Shown here piece by piece: positions 13,301 through 28,300 of a stretch of 64,000 nucleotides of DNA. The notes under the pieces are model-generated. The model was given only the letters and a program-made list of their open reading frames with translations, was not told where the DNA came from and ran no database searches. Source of the stretch: Lingula anatina. Lineage: Eukaryota > Animalia > Brachiopoda. The translations under genes and the position numbers were made by a program. The DNA lies in assembly GCA_051362555.1 (NCBI GenBank), contig CM120647.1, positions 3,224,001-3,288,000 on the forward strand, written 5' to 3'. Every line of letters starts with the position of its first letter. Positions within the stretch are counted from its first letter, which is position 1.

Positions 13301-16300
13301 TTGTGAAAATTATTAACGTTTAACTATTTTAAGCCATGGAATTTGGCAGTCTTTTCAATGTCATTTCCAGTTTTCTCACATTTATATGCTCTGAAAATTC
13401 TTTTTCATGACACACAGTCAACTGATGAGCTTATCACAGATTTTTATTATTGTTATGCATCATCTGTCCAAATTTCACAAATCTTGAACAAGATTTGTGA
13501 AAATTATTAACGTTTAACTATTTTAAGGCACCGCATTTTGCAGTCTTTTCAATGTCATTTTCAGTTTTCTCAATTTTATTGTCTAAAAAAATCTTTTTTA
13601 TGAGACACAGTCAACTGATGAGCTTATCACAGATTTTTATTGTTGTTATGCATCATCTATCCAAATTTCACAAATATTAGACAAGATTTGTGAAAATTAT
13701 TAACGTTTAACTATTTTAAGCCATGGAATTTGGCAGTCGTTTCAGTGTTATCTTCAGTTTTCTCAAATTTATTGTCCAAAAAAAAATCTTTTTCATGAGA
13801 CACAGTCAACTGATCAGCTTATCACAGATTTTTATTGTTGTTATGCATCATCTATCCAAATTTCATAAATATTAGACAAGATTTGTGAAAATTATTAACG
13901 TTTAACTATTTTAAGCCATGGAATTTTGCAGTCTTAGCAATGTCATTTTCAGTTTTTTCACATTTATATGCTCTGAAAATTCTTTTTCATGAGACACAGT
14001 CAACTGATGAGCTTATCACAGATTTGTATTGTTGTTATGCGTCATCTCTCCAAATTCCACAAACATTAGACAAGATTTGTGAAAATTATTAACGTTTAAC
14101 TATTTTAAGCCATGGAATTTGGCAGTCTTTTCAATGTCATTTTCAGTATTTCTCAAATTTATATGTTCTGAAAATGTCCTTTTTATTAGACATAGTCAAC
14201 TGTTTAGGTTAAGTTTATCAAAATTATTGTTCAACTATTTTAGTGTGGGAAATTTGTCAATTTTTAGAATTTAATTTTCACTTTTATCAAACATATTGTT
14301 CTTTTTCCAGGTGACCTTTTCCATACAGCGTGATGGCTTTTTTGGTGAACTGATTCTTCCTGTCTGGTCAGGGCTAATTCCTATAGAAAAAACAGACAGC
14401 AAAAGACAACAGCAAGAGCAATGCTATGTCTCATCCATGTGTACAATAGATGGTATATGGCAAGCTTTAGGACATTGTCAAATGGTGTGCTAAACCCTAT
14501 TCCAGAAACCGATTGTAAGGAGGAATCTGCATCTGGTATTGGTAGTAAGGAGATGTCTTAAATGGGTATATATTCTTTTCCAGAGGACAATTATGGGTAA
14601 TTTGTCACCTCTTACACAAACAAACTCAAATCATAATATTTGATGTTTAATGTGAGTCTAATTAGATGTTGTGAAATTGAAAAAAAAATATTGTAGATAA
14701 TTCTCACTCTTCGCATACAAAATTTCAAACAACTACAATTCTATCACACACTGTCAATTGTTAAGCTTATCACAGATTTGTGTTATTGTTAAGCATCATC
14801 TTTCCAAATTTCACAAATCTTGAACAAGATTTGTGAAAATTATTAACGTTTAACTATTTTAAGCCATGGAATTTTGCAGTCTTAGCAATGTCATTTTCAG
14901 TTTTTTCACGTTTATATGCTCTGAAAATTCTTTTTCATGACACACAGTCAACTGATGAGCTTATCACAGATTTTTATTGTTGTTATGCATCATCTATCCA
15001 AATTTCACAAATATTAGACAAGATTTGTGAAAATTATTAACGTTTAACTATTTAAAGCCAAAGAATTTTGCAGTCTTTGCAATGTCATTTTCAGTTTTTT
15101 CACATTTATATGCTCTGAAAATTCTTTTTCATGAGACACAGTCAACCGATGAGCTTATCACAGATTTTAATTATTGTTATGCATGATCTGTCCAAATTTC
15201 ACAAATCTTGAACAAGATTTGTGAAAATTATTAACGTTAAACTATTTTAAGGCACCGCATTTTGCAGTCTTTTCAGTGTCATTTTCAGTTTTCTCAATTT
15301 TATTGTCCATAAAAATCTTTTTTTATGAGACATAGTCAACTGATGAGCTTATCACAGATTTTTATTGTTGTTATGCATCATCTATCCAAATTTCACAAAT
15401 ATTAGACAAGATTTGTGAAAATTATTAACGTTTAACTATTTTAAGCCATGGAATTTGGCAGTCTTTTCAATGTCATTTCCAGTTTTCTCACATTTATATG
15501 CTCTGAAAATTCTTTTTCATGACACACAGTCAACTGATGAGCTTATCACAGATTTTTATTATTGTTATGCATCATCTGTCCAAATTTCACAAATCTTGAA
15601 CAAGATTTGTGAAAATTATTAACGTTTAACTATTTTAAGGTACCGCATTTTGCAGTCTTTTCAATGTCATTTTCAGTTTTCTCAAATTTATTGTCCAAAA
15701 AAATCTTTTTTATGAGACACAGTCAACTGATGAGCTTATCACAGATTTGTATTGTTGTTATGCATCATCTATCCAAATTTCACAAATATTAGACAAGATT
15801 TGTGAAAATTATTAACGTTTAACTATTTTAAGCCATGGAATTTGGCAGTCGTTTCAGTGTTATCTTCAGTTTTCTCAAATTTATTGTCCAAAAAAAAATC
15901 TTTTTCATGAGACACAGTCAACTGATCAGCTTATCACAGATTTTTATTGTTGATATGCATCATCTATCCAAATTTCATAAATATTAGACAAGATTTGTGA
16001 AAATTATTAACGTTTAACTATTTTAAGCCATGGAATTTGGCAGTCTTAGCAATGTCATTTTCAGTTTTTTCACATTTATATGCTCTGAAAATTCTTTTTC
16101 ATGAGACACAGTCAACTGATGAGCTTATCACAGATTTGTATTGTTGTTATGCGTCATCTCTCCAAATTCCACAAACATTAGACAAGATTTGTGAAAATTA
16201 TTAACGTTTAACTATTTTAAGCCATGGAATTTGGCAGTCTTTTCAATGTCATTTTCAGTATTTCTCAAATTTATATGTTCTGAAAATGTCCTTTTTATTA

Positions 16301-19300
16301 GACATAGTCAACTGTTTAGGTTAAGTTTATCAAAATTATTGTTCAACTATTTTAGTGTGGGAAATTTGTCAATTTTTAGAATTTTATTTTCACTTTTATC
16401 AAACATATTGTTCTTTTTCCAGGTGACCTTTTCCATACAGCGTGATGGCTTTTTTGGTGAACTGATTCTTCCTGTCTGGTCAGGGCTAATTCCTATAGAA
16501 AAAACAGACAGCAAAAGACAACAGCAAGAGCAATGCTATGTCTCATCCATGTGTACAATAGATGGTATATGGCAAGCTTTAGGACATTGTCAAATGGTGT
16601 GCTAAACCCTATTCCAGAAACCGATTGTAAGGAGGAATCTGCATCTGGTATTGGTAGTAAGGAGATGTCTTAAATGGGTATATATTCTTTTCCAGAGGAC
16701 AATTATGGGTAATTTGTCACCTCTTACACAAACAAACTCAAATCATAATATTTGATGTTTAATGTGAGTCTAATTAGATGTTGTGAAATTGAAAAAAAAA
16801 TATTGTAGATAATTCTCACTCTTCGCATACAAAATTTCAAACAACTACAATTCTATCACACACTGTCAATTGTTAAGCTTATCACAGATTTGTGTTATTG
16901 TTAAGCATCATCTTTCCAAATTTCACAAATCTTGAACAAGATTTGTGAAAATTATTAACGTTTAACTATTTTAAGCCATGGAATTTTGCAGTCTTAGCAA
17001 TGTCATTTTCAGTTTTTTCACATTTATATGCTCTGAAAATTCTTTTTCATGACACACAGTCAACTGATGAGCTTATCACAGATTTTTATTGTTGTTATGC
17101 ATCATCTATCCAAATTTCACAAATATTAGACAAGATTTGTGAAAATTATTAACGTTTAACTATTTTAAGGCACCGCATTTTGCAGTCTTTTCAATGTCAT
17201 TTTCAGTTTTCTCAATTTTATTGTCCAAAAAAATCTTTTTTATGAGACACAGTCAACTGATGAGCTTATCACAGATTTTTATTGTTGTTATGCATCATCT
17301 ATCCAAATTTCACAAATATTAGACAAGATTTGTGAAAATTAATAACGTTTAACTATTTTAAGGCACCGCATTTTGCAGTCTTTTCAATGTCATTTTCAGT
17401 ATTTCTCAAATTTATATGTTCTGAAAATGTCCTTTTTATTAGACATAATCATCTGTTTAGGTCAAGTTTATCAAAATTATTGTTCAACTATTTTAGTGTG
17501 GGAAATTTGTCAATTTTTAGAATTTAATTTTCACTTTTATCAAACATATTGTTCTTTTTCCAGGTGACCTTTTCCATACAGCGTGATGGCTTTTTTGGTG
17601 AACTGATTCTTCCTGTCTGGTCAGGGCTAATTCCTATAGAAAAAACAGACAGCAAAAGACAACAGCAAGAGCAATGCTATGTCTCATCCATGTGTACAAT
17701 AGATGGTATATGGCAAGCTTTAGGACATTGTCAAATGGTGTGCTAAACCCTATTCCAAAAAACCGATTGTAAGGAGGAATCTGCATCTGGTATTGGTAGT
17801 AAGGAGATGTCTTAAATGGGTATATATTCTTTTCCAGAGGACAATTATGGGTAATTTGTCACCTCTTACACAAACAAACTCAAATCATAATATTTGATGT
17901 TTAATGTGAGTCTAATTAGATGTGAAATTGAAAAAGAAATATTGTAGATAATTCTCACTCTTCGCATACAAAATGTCAAACAACTACAATTCTATCATGC
18001 ACTGTCAACTGTTAAGCTTATCACAGATTTTTGTTATTGTTAAGCATCATCTCTCCAAATTTCACAAATGTTGAACAAGTTTTGTGAAAATTATTAACGT
18101 TTAACTATTTTAAGGCACCGCATTTTGCAGTCTTCTCAGTGTCATTTTCAATTTTCTCAAATTTATTGTCCAAAAAAATCTTTTTAATGAGCCACAGTCA
18201 ACTGATGAGCTTATCACAGATTTTTATTGTTGTTATGCATCATCTATCCAAATTTCACAAATATTAGACAAGATTTGTGAAAATTATTAACGTTTAACTA
18301 TTTTAAGCCATGGAATTTGGCAGTCTTTTCAATGTCATTTTCAGTTTTCTCACATTTATATGCTCTCAAAAATGTTTTTCATGACACACAGTAAACTGAT
18401 GAGCTTATCACAGATTTTTATTATTGTTATGCATCATCTGTCCAAATTTCACAAATCTTGAACAAGATTTGTGAAAATTATTAACGTTTAACTATTTTAA
18501 GGCACCGCATTTTGCAGTCTTTTCAATGTCATTTTCAGTTTTCTCAATTTTATTGTCCAAAAAAATCTTTTTTTATGGGACATAGTCAACTGATGAGCTT
18601 ATCACAGATTTTTATTGTTGTTATGCATCATCTATCCAAATTTCACAAATATTAGACAAGATTTGTGAAAATTATTAACGTTTAACTATTTTAAGCCATG
18701 GAATTTGGCAGTCTTTTCAATGTCATTTTCAGTATTTCTCAAATTTATATGTTCTGAAAATGTCCTTTTTATTAGACATAGTCAACTGTTTAGGTTAAGT
18801 TTATCAAAATTATTGTTCAACTATTTTAGTGTGGGAAATTTGCAATTTTTAGAATTTAATTTTCACTTTTATCAAACATATTGTTCTTTTTCCAGGTGAC
18901 CTTTTCCATACAGCGTGATGGCTTTTTTGGTGAACTGATTCTTCCTGTCTGGTCAGGGCTAATTCCTATAGAAAAAACAGACAGCAAAAGACAACAGCAA
19001 GAGCAATGCTATGTCTCATCCATGTATACAATAGATGGTATATGGCAAGCTTTAGGACATTGTCAAATGGTGTGCTAAACCCTATTCCAGAAACCGATTG
19101 TAAGGAGGAATCTGCATCTGGTATTGGTAGTAAGGAGATGTCTTAAATGGGTATATATTCTTTTCCAGAGGACAATTATGGGTAATTTGTCACCTCTTAC
19201 ACAAACAAACTCAAATCATAATATTTGATGTTTAATGTGAGTCTAATTAGATGTGAAATTGAAAAAAAAATATTGTAGATAAATCTCAATCTCCGCATAC

Positions 19301-22300
19301 AAAATGTCAAACAACTACAATTCTATCACGCACTGTCAACTGTTAAGCTTATCACAGATTTTTGTTATTGTTAAGCATCATCTCTCCAAATTTCACAAAT
19401 ATTGAACAAGTTTTGTGAAAATTATTAACGTTTAACTATTTTAAGGCACCGCATTTTGCAGTCTTCTCAGTGTCATTTTCAATTTTCTCAAATTTATTGT
19501 CCAAAAAAATCTTTTTAATGAGCCACAGTCAACTGATGAGCTTATCACAGATTTTTATTGTTGTTATGCATCATCTATCCAAATTTCACAAATATTAGAC
19601 AAGATTTGTGAAAATTATTAACGTTTAACTATTTTAAGCCATGGAATTTGGCAGTCTTTTCAATGTCATTTCCAGTTTTCTCACATTTATATGCTCTGAA
19701 AATTCTTTTTCATGACACACAGTCAACTGATGAGCTTATCACAGATTTTTATTATTGTTATGCATCATCTGTCCAAATTTCACAAATCTTGAACAAGATT
19801 TGTGAAAATTATTAACGTTTAACTATTTTAAGGCACCGCATTTTGCAGTCTTTTCAATGTCATTTTCAGTTTTCTCAATTTTATTGTCTAAAAAAATCTT
19901 TTTTATGAGACACAGTCAACTGATGAGCTTATCACAGATTTTTATTGTTGTTATGCATCATCTATCCAAATTTCACAAATATTAGACAAGATTTGTGAAA
20001 ATTATTAACGTTTAACTATTTTAAGCCATGGAATTTGGCAGTCGTTTCAGTGTTATCTTCAGTTTTCTCAAATTTATTGTCCAAAAAAAAATCTTTTTCA
20101 TGAGACACAGTCAACTGATCAGCTTATCACAGATTTTTATTGTTGTTATGCATCATCTATCCAAATTTCATAAATATTAGACAAGATTTGTGAAAATTAT
20201 TAACGTTTAACTATTTTAAGCCATGGAATTTTGCAGTCTTAGCAATGTCATTTTCAGTTTTTTCACATTTATATGCTCTGAAAATTCTTTTTCATGAGAC
20301 ACAGTCAACTGATGAGCTTATCACAGATTTGTATTGTTGTTATGCGTCATCTCTCCAAATTCCACAAACATTAGACAAGATTTGTGAAAATTATTAACGT
20401 TTAACTATTTTAAGCCATGGAATTTGGCAGTCTTTTCAATGTCATTTTCAGTATTTCTCAAATTTATATGTTCTGAAAATGTCCTTTTTATTAGACATAG
20501 TCAACTGTTTAGGTTAAGTTTATCAAAATTATTGTTCAACTATTTTAGTGTGGGAAATTTGTCAATTTTTAGAATTTAATTTTCACTTTTATCAAACATA
20601 TTGTTCTTTTTCCAGGTGACCTTTTCCATACAGCGTGATGGCTTTTTTGGTGAACTGATTCTTCCTGTCTGGTCAGGGCTAATTCCTATAGAAAAAACAG
20701 ACAGCAAAAGACAACAGCAAGAGCAATGCTATGTCTCATCCATGTGTACAATAGATGGTATATGGCAAGCTTTAGGACATTGTCAAATGGTGTGCTAAAC
20801 CCTATTCCAGAAACCGATTGTAAGGAGGAATCTGCATCTGGTATTGGTAGTAAGGAGATGTCTTAAATGGGTATATATTCTTTTCCAGAGGACAATTATG
20901 GGTAATTTGTCACCTCTTACACAAACAAACTCAAATCATAATATTTGATGTTTAATGTGAGTCTAATTAGATGTTGTGAAATTGAAAAAAAAATATTGTA
21001 GATAATTCTCACTCTTCGCATACAAAATTTCAAACAACTACAATTCTATCACACACTGTCAATTGTTAAGCTTATCACAGATTTGTGTTATTGTTAAGCA
21101 TCATCTTTCCAAATTTCACAAATCTTGAACAAGATTTGTGAAAATTATTAACGTTTAACTATTTTAAGCCATGGAATTTTGCAGTCTTAGCAATGTCATT
21201 TTCAGTTTTTTCACGTTTATATGCTCTGAAAATTCTTTTTCATGACACACAGTCAACTGATGAGCTTATCACAGATTTTTATTGTTGTTATGCATCATCT
21301 ATCCAAATTTCACAAATATTAGACAAGATTTGTGAAAATTATTAACGTTTAACTATTTAAAGCCAAAGAATTTTGCAGTCTTTGCAATGTCATTTTCAGT
21401 TTTTTCACATTTATATGCTCTGAAAATTCTTTTTCATGAGACACAGTCAACCGATGAGCTTATCACAGATTTTAATTATTGTTATGCATGATCTGTCCAA
21501 ATTTCACAAATCTTGAACAAGATTTGTGAAAATTATTAACGTTAAACTATTTTAAGGCACCGCATTTTGCAGTCTTTTCAGTGTCATTTTCAGTTTTCTC
21601 AATTTTATTGTCCATAAAAATCTTTTTTTATGAGACATAGTCAACTGATGAGCTTATCACAGATTTTTATTGTTGTTATGCATCATCTATCCAAATTTCA
21701 CAAATATTAGACAAGATTTGTGAAAATTATTAACGTTTAACTATTTTAAGGCATGGAATTTTGCAGTCTTTGTAATGTCATTTTCAGTTTTTTCACATTT
21801 ATATGCTCTGAAAATTCTTTTTCATGACACACAGTCAACTGATGAGCTTATCACAGATTTTTATTATTGTTATGCATCATCTGTCCAAATTTCACAAATC
21901 TTGAACAAGATTTGTGAAAATTATTAACGTTTAACTATTTTAAGGCACCGCATTTTGCAGTCTTTTCAATGTCATTTTCAGTTTTCTCAATTTTATTGTC
22001 CAAAAAAATCTTTTTTATGAGACACAGTCAACTGATGAGCTTATCACAGATTTTTATTGTTGTTATGCATCATCTATCCAAATTTCACAAATATTAGACA
22101 AGATTTGTGAAAATTAATAACGTTTAACTATTTTAAGGCACCGCATTTTGCAGTCTTTTCAATGTCATTTTCAGTATTTCTCAAATTTATATGTTCTGAA
22201 AATGTCCTTTTTATTAGACATAATCATCTGTTTAGGTCAAGTTTATCAAAATTATTGTTCAACTATTTTAGTGTGGGAAATTTGTCAATTTTTAGAATTT

Positions 22301-25300
22301 AATTTTCACTTTTATCAAACATATTGTTCTTTTTCCAGGTGACCTTTTCCATACAGCGTGATGGCTTTTTTGGTGAACTGATTCTTCCTGTCTGGTCAGG
22401 GCTAATTCCTATAGAAAAAACAGACAGCAAAAGACAACAGCAAGAGCAATGCTATGTCTCATCCATGTGTACAATAGATGGTATATGGCAAGCTTTAGGA
22501 CATTGTCAAATGGTGTGCTAAACCCTATTCCAAAAAACCGATTGTAAGGAGGAATCTGCATCTGGTATTGGTAGTAAGGAGATGTCTTAAATGGGTATAT
22601 ATTCTTTTCCAGAGGACAATTATGGGTAATTTGTCACCTCTTACACAAACAAACTCAAATCATAATATTTGATGTTTAATGTGAGTCTAATTAGATGTGA
22701 AATTGAAAAAGAAATATTGTAGATAATTCTCACTCTTCGCATACAAAATGTCAAACGACTACAATTCTATCATGCACTGTCAACTGTTAAGCTTATCACA
22801 GATTTTTGTTATTGTTATGCATCATCTGTCCAAATTTCACAAATCTTGAACAAGATTTGTGAAAATTATTAACGTTTAACTATTTTAAGGCACCGCATTT
22901 TGCAGTCTTCTCAGTGTCATTTTCAATTTTCTCAAATTTATTGTCCAAAAAAATCTTTTAAATGAGCCACAGTCAACTGATGAGCTTATCACAGATTTTT
23001 ATTGTTGTTATGCATCATCTATCCAAATTTCACAAATATTAGACAAGATTTGTGAAAATTATTAACGTTTAACTATTTTAAGCCATGGAATTTGGCAGTC
23101 TTTTCAATGTCATTTTCAGTTTTCTCACATTTATATGCTCTCAAAAATGTTTTTCATGACACACAGTAAACTGATGAGCTTATCACAGATTTTTATTATT
23201 GTTATGCATCATCTGTCCAAATTTCACAAATCTTGAACAAGATTTGTGAAAATTATTAACGTTTAACTATTTTAAGGCACCGCATTTTGCAGTCTTTTCA
23301 ATGTCATTTTCAGTTTTCTCAATTTTATTGTCCAAAAAAATCTTTTTTTATGGGACATAGTCAACTGATGAGCTTATCACAGATTTTTATTGTTGTTATG
23401 CATCATCTATCCAAATTTCACAAATATTAGACAAGATTTGTGAAAATTATTAACGTTAAACTATTTTAAGCCATGGAATTTGGCAGTCGTTTCAGTGTTA
23501 TCTTCAGTTTTCTCAAATTTATTGTCCAAAAAAAATCTTTTTCATGAGACACAGTCAACTGATCAGCTTATCACAGATTTTTATTGTTGTTATGCATCAT
23601 CTATCCAAATTTCATAAATATTAGACAAGATTTGTGAAAATTATTAACGTTTAACTATTTTAAGCCATGGAATTTTGCAGTCTTAGCAATGTCATTTTCA
23701 GTTTTTTCACATTTATATGCTCTGAAAATTCTTTTTCATGAGACACAGTCAACTGATGAGCTTATCACAGATTTGTATTGTTGTTATGCGTCATCTCTCC
23801 AAATTCCACAAACATTAGACAAGATTTGTGAAAATTATTAACGTTTAACTATTTTAAGCCATGGAATTTGGCAGTCTTTTCAATGTCATTTTCAGTATTT
23901 CTCAAATTTATATGTTCTGAAAATGTCCTTTTTATTAGACATAGTCAACTGTTTAGGTTAAGTTTATCAAAATTATTGTTCAACTATTTTAGTGTGGGAA
24001 ATTTGTCAATTTTTAGAATTTTATTTTCACTTTTATCAAACATATTGTTCTTTTTCCAGGTGACCTTTTCCATACAGCGTGATGGCTTTTTTGGTGAACT
24101 GATTCTTCCTGTCTGGTCAGGGCTAATTCCTATAGAAAAAACAGACAGCAAAAGACAACAGCAAGAGCAATGCTATGTCTCATCCATGTGTACAATAGAT
24201 GGTATATGGCAAGCTTTAGGACATTGTCAAATGGTGTGCTAAACCCTATTCCAGAAACCGATTGTAAGGAGGAATCTGCATCTGGTATTGGTAGTAAGGA
24301 GATGTCTTAAATGGGTATATATTCTTTTCCAGAGGACAATTATGGGTAATTTGTCACCTCTTACACAAACAAACTCAAATCATAATATTTGATGTTTAAT
24401 GTGAGTCTAATTAGATGTGAAATTGAAAAAAAAAATATTGTAGATAATTCTCACTCTTCGCATACAAAATTTCAAACAACTACAATTCTATCACGCACTG
24501 TCAATTGTTAAGCTTATCACAAATTTGTGTTATTGTTAAGCATCATCTTTCCAAATTTCACAAATCTTGAACAAGATTTGTGAAAATTATTAACGTTTAA
24601 CTATTTTAAGCCATGGAATTTTGCAGTCTTAGCAATGTCATTTTCAGTTTTTTCACATTTATATGCTCTGAAAATTCTTTTTCATGACACACAGTCAACT
24701 GATGAGCTTATCACAGATTTTTATTGTTGTTATGCATCATCTATCCAAATTTCACAAATATTAGACAAGATTTGTGAAAATTATTAACGTTTAACTATTT
24801 TAAGGCACCGCATTTTGCAGTCTTTTCAATGTCATTTTCAGTTTTCTCAATTTTATTGTCCAAAAAAATCTTTTTTATGAGACACAGTCAACTGATGAGC
24901 TTATCACAGATTTTTATTGTTGTTATGCATCATCTATCCAAATTTCACAAATATTAGACAAGATTTGTGAAAATTAATAACGTTTAACTATTTTAAGGCA
25001 CCGCATTTTGCAGTCTTTTCAATGTCATTTTCAGTATTTCTCAAATTTATATGTTCTGAAAATGTCCTTTTTATTAGACATAATCATCTGTTTAGGTCAA
25101 GTTTATCAAAATTATTGTTCAACTATTTTAGTGTGGGAAATTTGTCAATTTTTAGAATTTAATTTTCACTTTTATCAAACATATTGTTCTTTTTCCAGGT
25201 GACCTTTTCCATACAGCGTGATGGCTTTTTTGGTGAACTGATTCTTCCTGTCTGGTCAGGGCTAATTCCTATAGAAAAAACAGACAGCAAAAGACAACAG

Positions 25301-28300
25301 CAAGAGCAATGCTATGTCTCATCCATGTGTACAATAGATGGTATATGGCAAGCTTTAGGACATTGTCAAATGGTGTGCTAAACCCTATTCCAAAAAACCG
25401 ATTGTAAGGAGGAATCTGCATCTGGTATTGGTAGTAAGGAGATGTCTTAAATGGGTATATATTCTTTTCCAGAGGACAATTATGGGTAATTTGTCACCTC
25501 TTACACAAACAAACTCAAATCATAATATTTGATGTTTAATGTGAGTCTAATTAGATGTGAAATTGAAAAAGAAATATTGTAGATAATTCTCACTCTTCGC
25601 ATACAAAATGTCAAACAACTACAATTCTATCATGCACTGTCAACTGTTAAGCTTATCACAGATTTTTGTTATTGTTAAGCATCATCTCTCCAAATTTCAC
25701 AAATGTTGAACAAGTTTTGTGAAAATTATTAACGTTTAACTATTTTAAGGCACCGCATTTTGCAGTCTTCTCAGTGTCATTTTCAATTTTCTCAAATTTA
25801 TTGTCCAAAAAAATCTTTTTAATGAGCCACAGTCAACTGATGAGCTTATCACAGATTTTTATTGTTGTTATGCATCATCTATCCAAATTTCACAAATATT
25901 AGACAAGATTTGTGAAAATTATTAACGTTTAACTATTTTAAGCCATGGAATTTGGCAGTCTTTTCAATGTCATTTTCAGTTTTCTCACATTTATATGCTC
26001 TCAAAAATGTTTTTCATGACACACAGTAAACTGATGAGCTTATCACAGATTTTTATTATTGTTATGCATCATCTGTCCAAATTTCACAAATCTTGAACAA
26101 GATTTGTGAAAATTATTAACGTTTAACTATTTTAAGGCACCGCATTTTGCAGTCTTTTCAATGTCATTTTCAGTTTTCTCAATTTTATTGTCCAAAAAAA
26201 TCTTTTTTTATGGGACATAGTCAACTGATGAGCTTATCACAGATTTTTATTGTTGTTATGCATCATCTATCCAAATTTCACAAATATTAGACAAGATTTG
26301 TGAAAATTATTAACGTTTAACTATTTTAAGCCATGGAATTTGGCAGTCTTTTCAATGTCATTTTCAGTATTTCTCAAATTTATATGTTCTGAAAATGTCC
26401 TTTTTATTAGACATAGTCAACTGTTTAGGTTAAGTTTATCAAAATTATTGTTCAACTATTTTAGTGTGGGAAATTTGCAATTTTTAGAATTTAATTTTCA
26501 CTTTTATCAAACATATTGTTCTTTTTCCAGGTGACCTTTTCCATACAGCGTGATGGCTTTTTTGGTGAACTGATTCTTCCTGTCTGGTCAGGGCTAATTC
26601 CTATAGAAAAAACAGACAGCAAAAGACAACAGCAAGAGCAATGCTATGTCTCATCCATGTATACAATAGATGGTATATGGCAAGCTTTAGGACATTGTCA
26701 AATGGTGTGCTAAACCCTATTCCAGAAACCGATTGTAAGGAGGAATCTGCATCTGGTATTGGTAGTAAGGAGATGTCTTAAATGGGTATATATTCTTTTC
26801 CAGAGGACAATTATGGGTAATTTGTCACCTCTTACACAAACAAACTCAAATCATAATATTTGATGTTTAATGTGAGTCTAATTAGATGTGAAATTGAAAA
26901 AAAAATATTGTAGATAATTCTCAATCTCCGCATACAAAATGTCAAACAACTACAATTCTATCACGCACTGTCAACTGTTAAGCTTATCACAGATTTTTGT
27001 TATTGTTAAGCATCATCTCTCCAAATTTCACAAATATTGAACAAGTTTTGTGAAAATTATTAACGTTTAACTATTTTAAGGCACCGCATTTTGCAGTCTT
27101 CTCAGTGTCATTTTCAATTTTCTCAAATTTATTGTCCAAAAAAATCTTTTTAATGAGCCACAGTCAACTGATGAGCTTATCACAGATTTTTATTGTTGTT
27201 ATGCATCATCTATCCAAATTTCACAAATATTAGACAAGATTTGTGAAAATTATTAACGTTTAACTATTTTAAGCCATGGAATTTGGCAGTCTTTTCAATG
27301 TCATTTCCAGTTTTCTCACATTTATATGCTCTGAAAATTCTTTTTCATGACACACAGTCAACTGATGAGCTTATCACAGATTTTTATTATTGTTATGCAT
27401 CATCTGTCCAAATTTCACAAATCTTGAACAAGATTTGTGAAAATTATTAACGTTTAACTATTTTAAGGCACCGCATTTTGCAGTCTTTTCAATGTCATTT
27501 TCAGTTTTCTCAATTTTATTGTCTAAAAAAATCTTTTTTATGAGACACAGTCAACTGATGAGCTTATCACAGATTTTTATTGTTGTTATGCATCATCTAT
27601 CCAAATTTCACAAATATTAGACAAGATTTGTGAAAATTATTAACGTTTAACTATTTTAAGCCATGGAATTTGGCAGTCGTTTCAGTGTTATCTTCAGTTT
27701 TCTCAAATTTATTGTCCAAAAAAAAATCTTTTTCATGAGACACAGTCAACTGATCAGCTTATCACAGATTTTTATTGTTGTTATGCATCATCTATCCAAA
27801 TTTCATAAATATTAGACAAGATTTGTGAAAATTATTAACGTTTAACTATTTTAAGCCATGGAATTTTGCAGTCTTAGCAATGTCATTTTCAGTTTTTTCA
27901 CATTTATATGCTCTGAAAATTCTTTTTCATGAGACACAGTCAACTGATGAGCTTATCACAGATTTGTATTGTTGTTATGCGTCATCTCTCCAAATTCCAC
28001 AAATATTAGACAAGATTTGTGAAAATTATTAACGTTTAACTATTTTAAGCCATGGAATTTGGCAGTCTTTTCAATGTCATTTTCAGTATTTCTCAAATTT
28101 ATATGTTCTGAAAATGTCCTTTTTATTAGACATAGTCAACTGTTTAGGTTAAGTTTATCAAAATTATTGTTCAACTATTTTAGTGTGGGAAATTTGTCAA
28201 TTTTTAGAATTTAATTTTCACTTTTATCAAACATATTGTTCTTTTTCCAGGTGACCTTTTCCATACAGCGTGATGGCTTTTTTGGTGAACTGATTCTTCC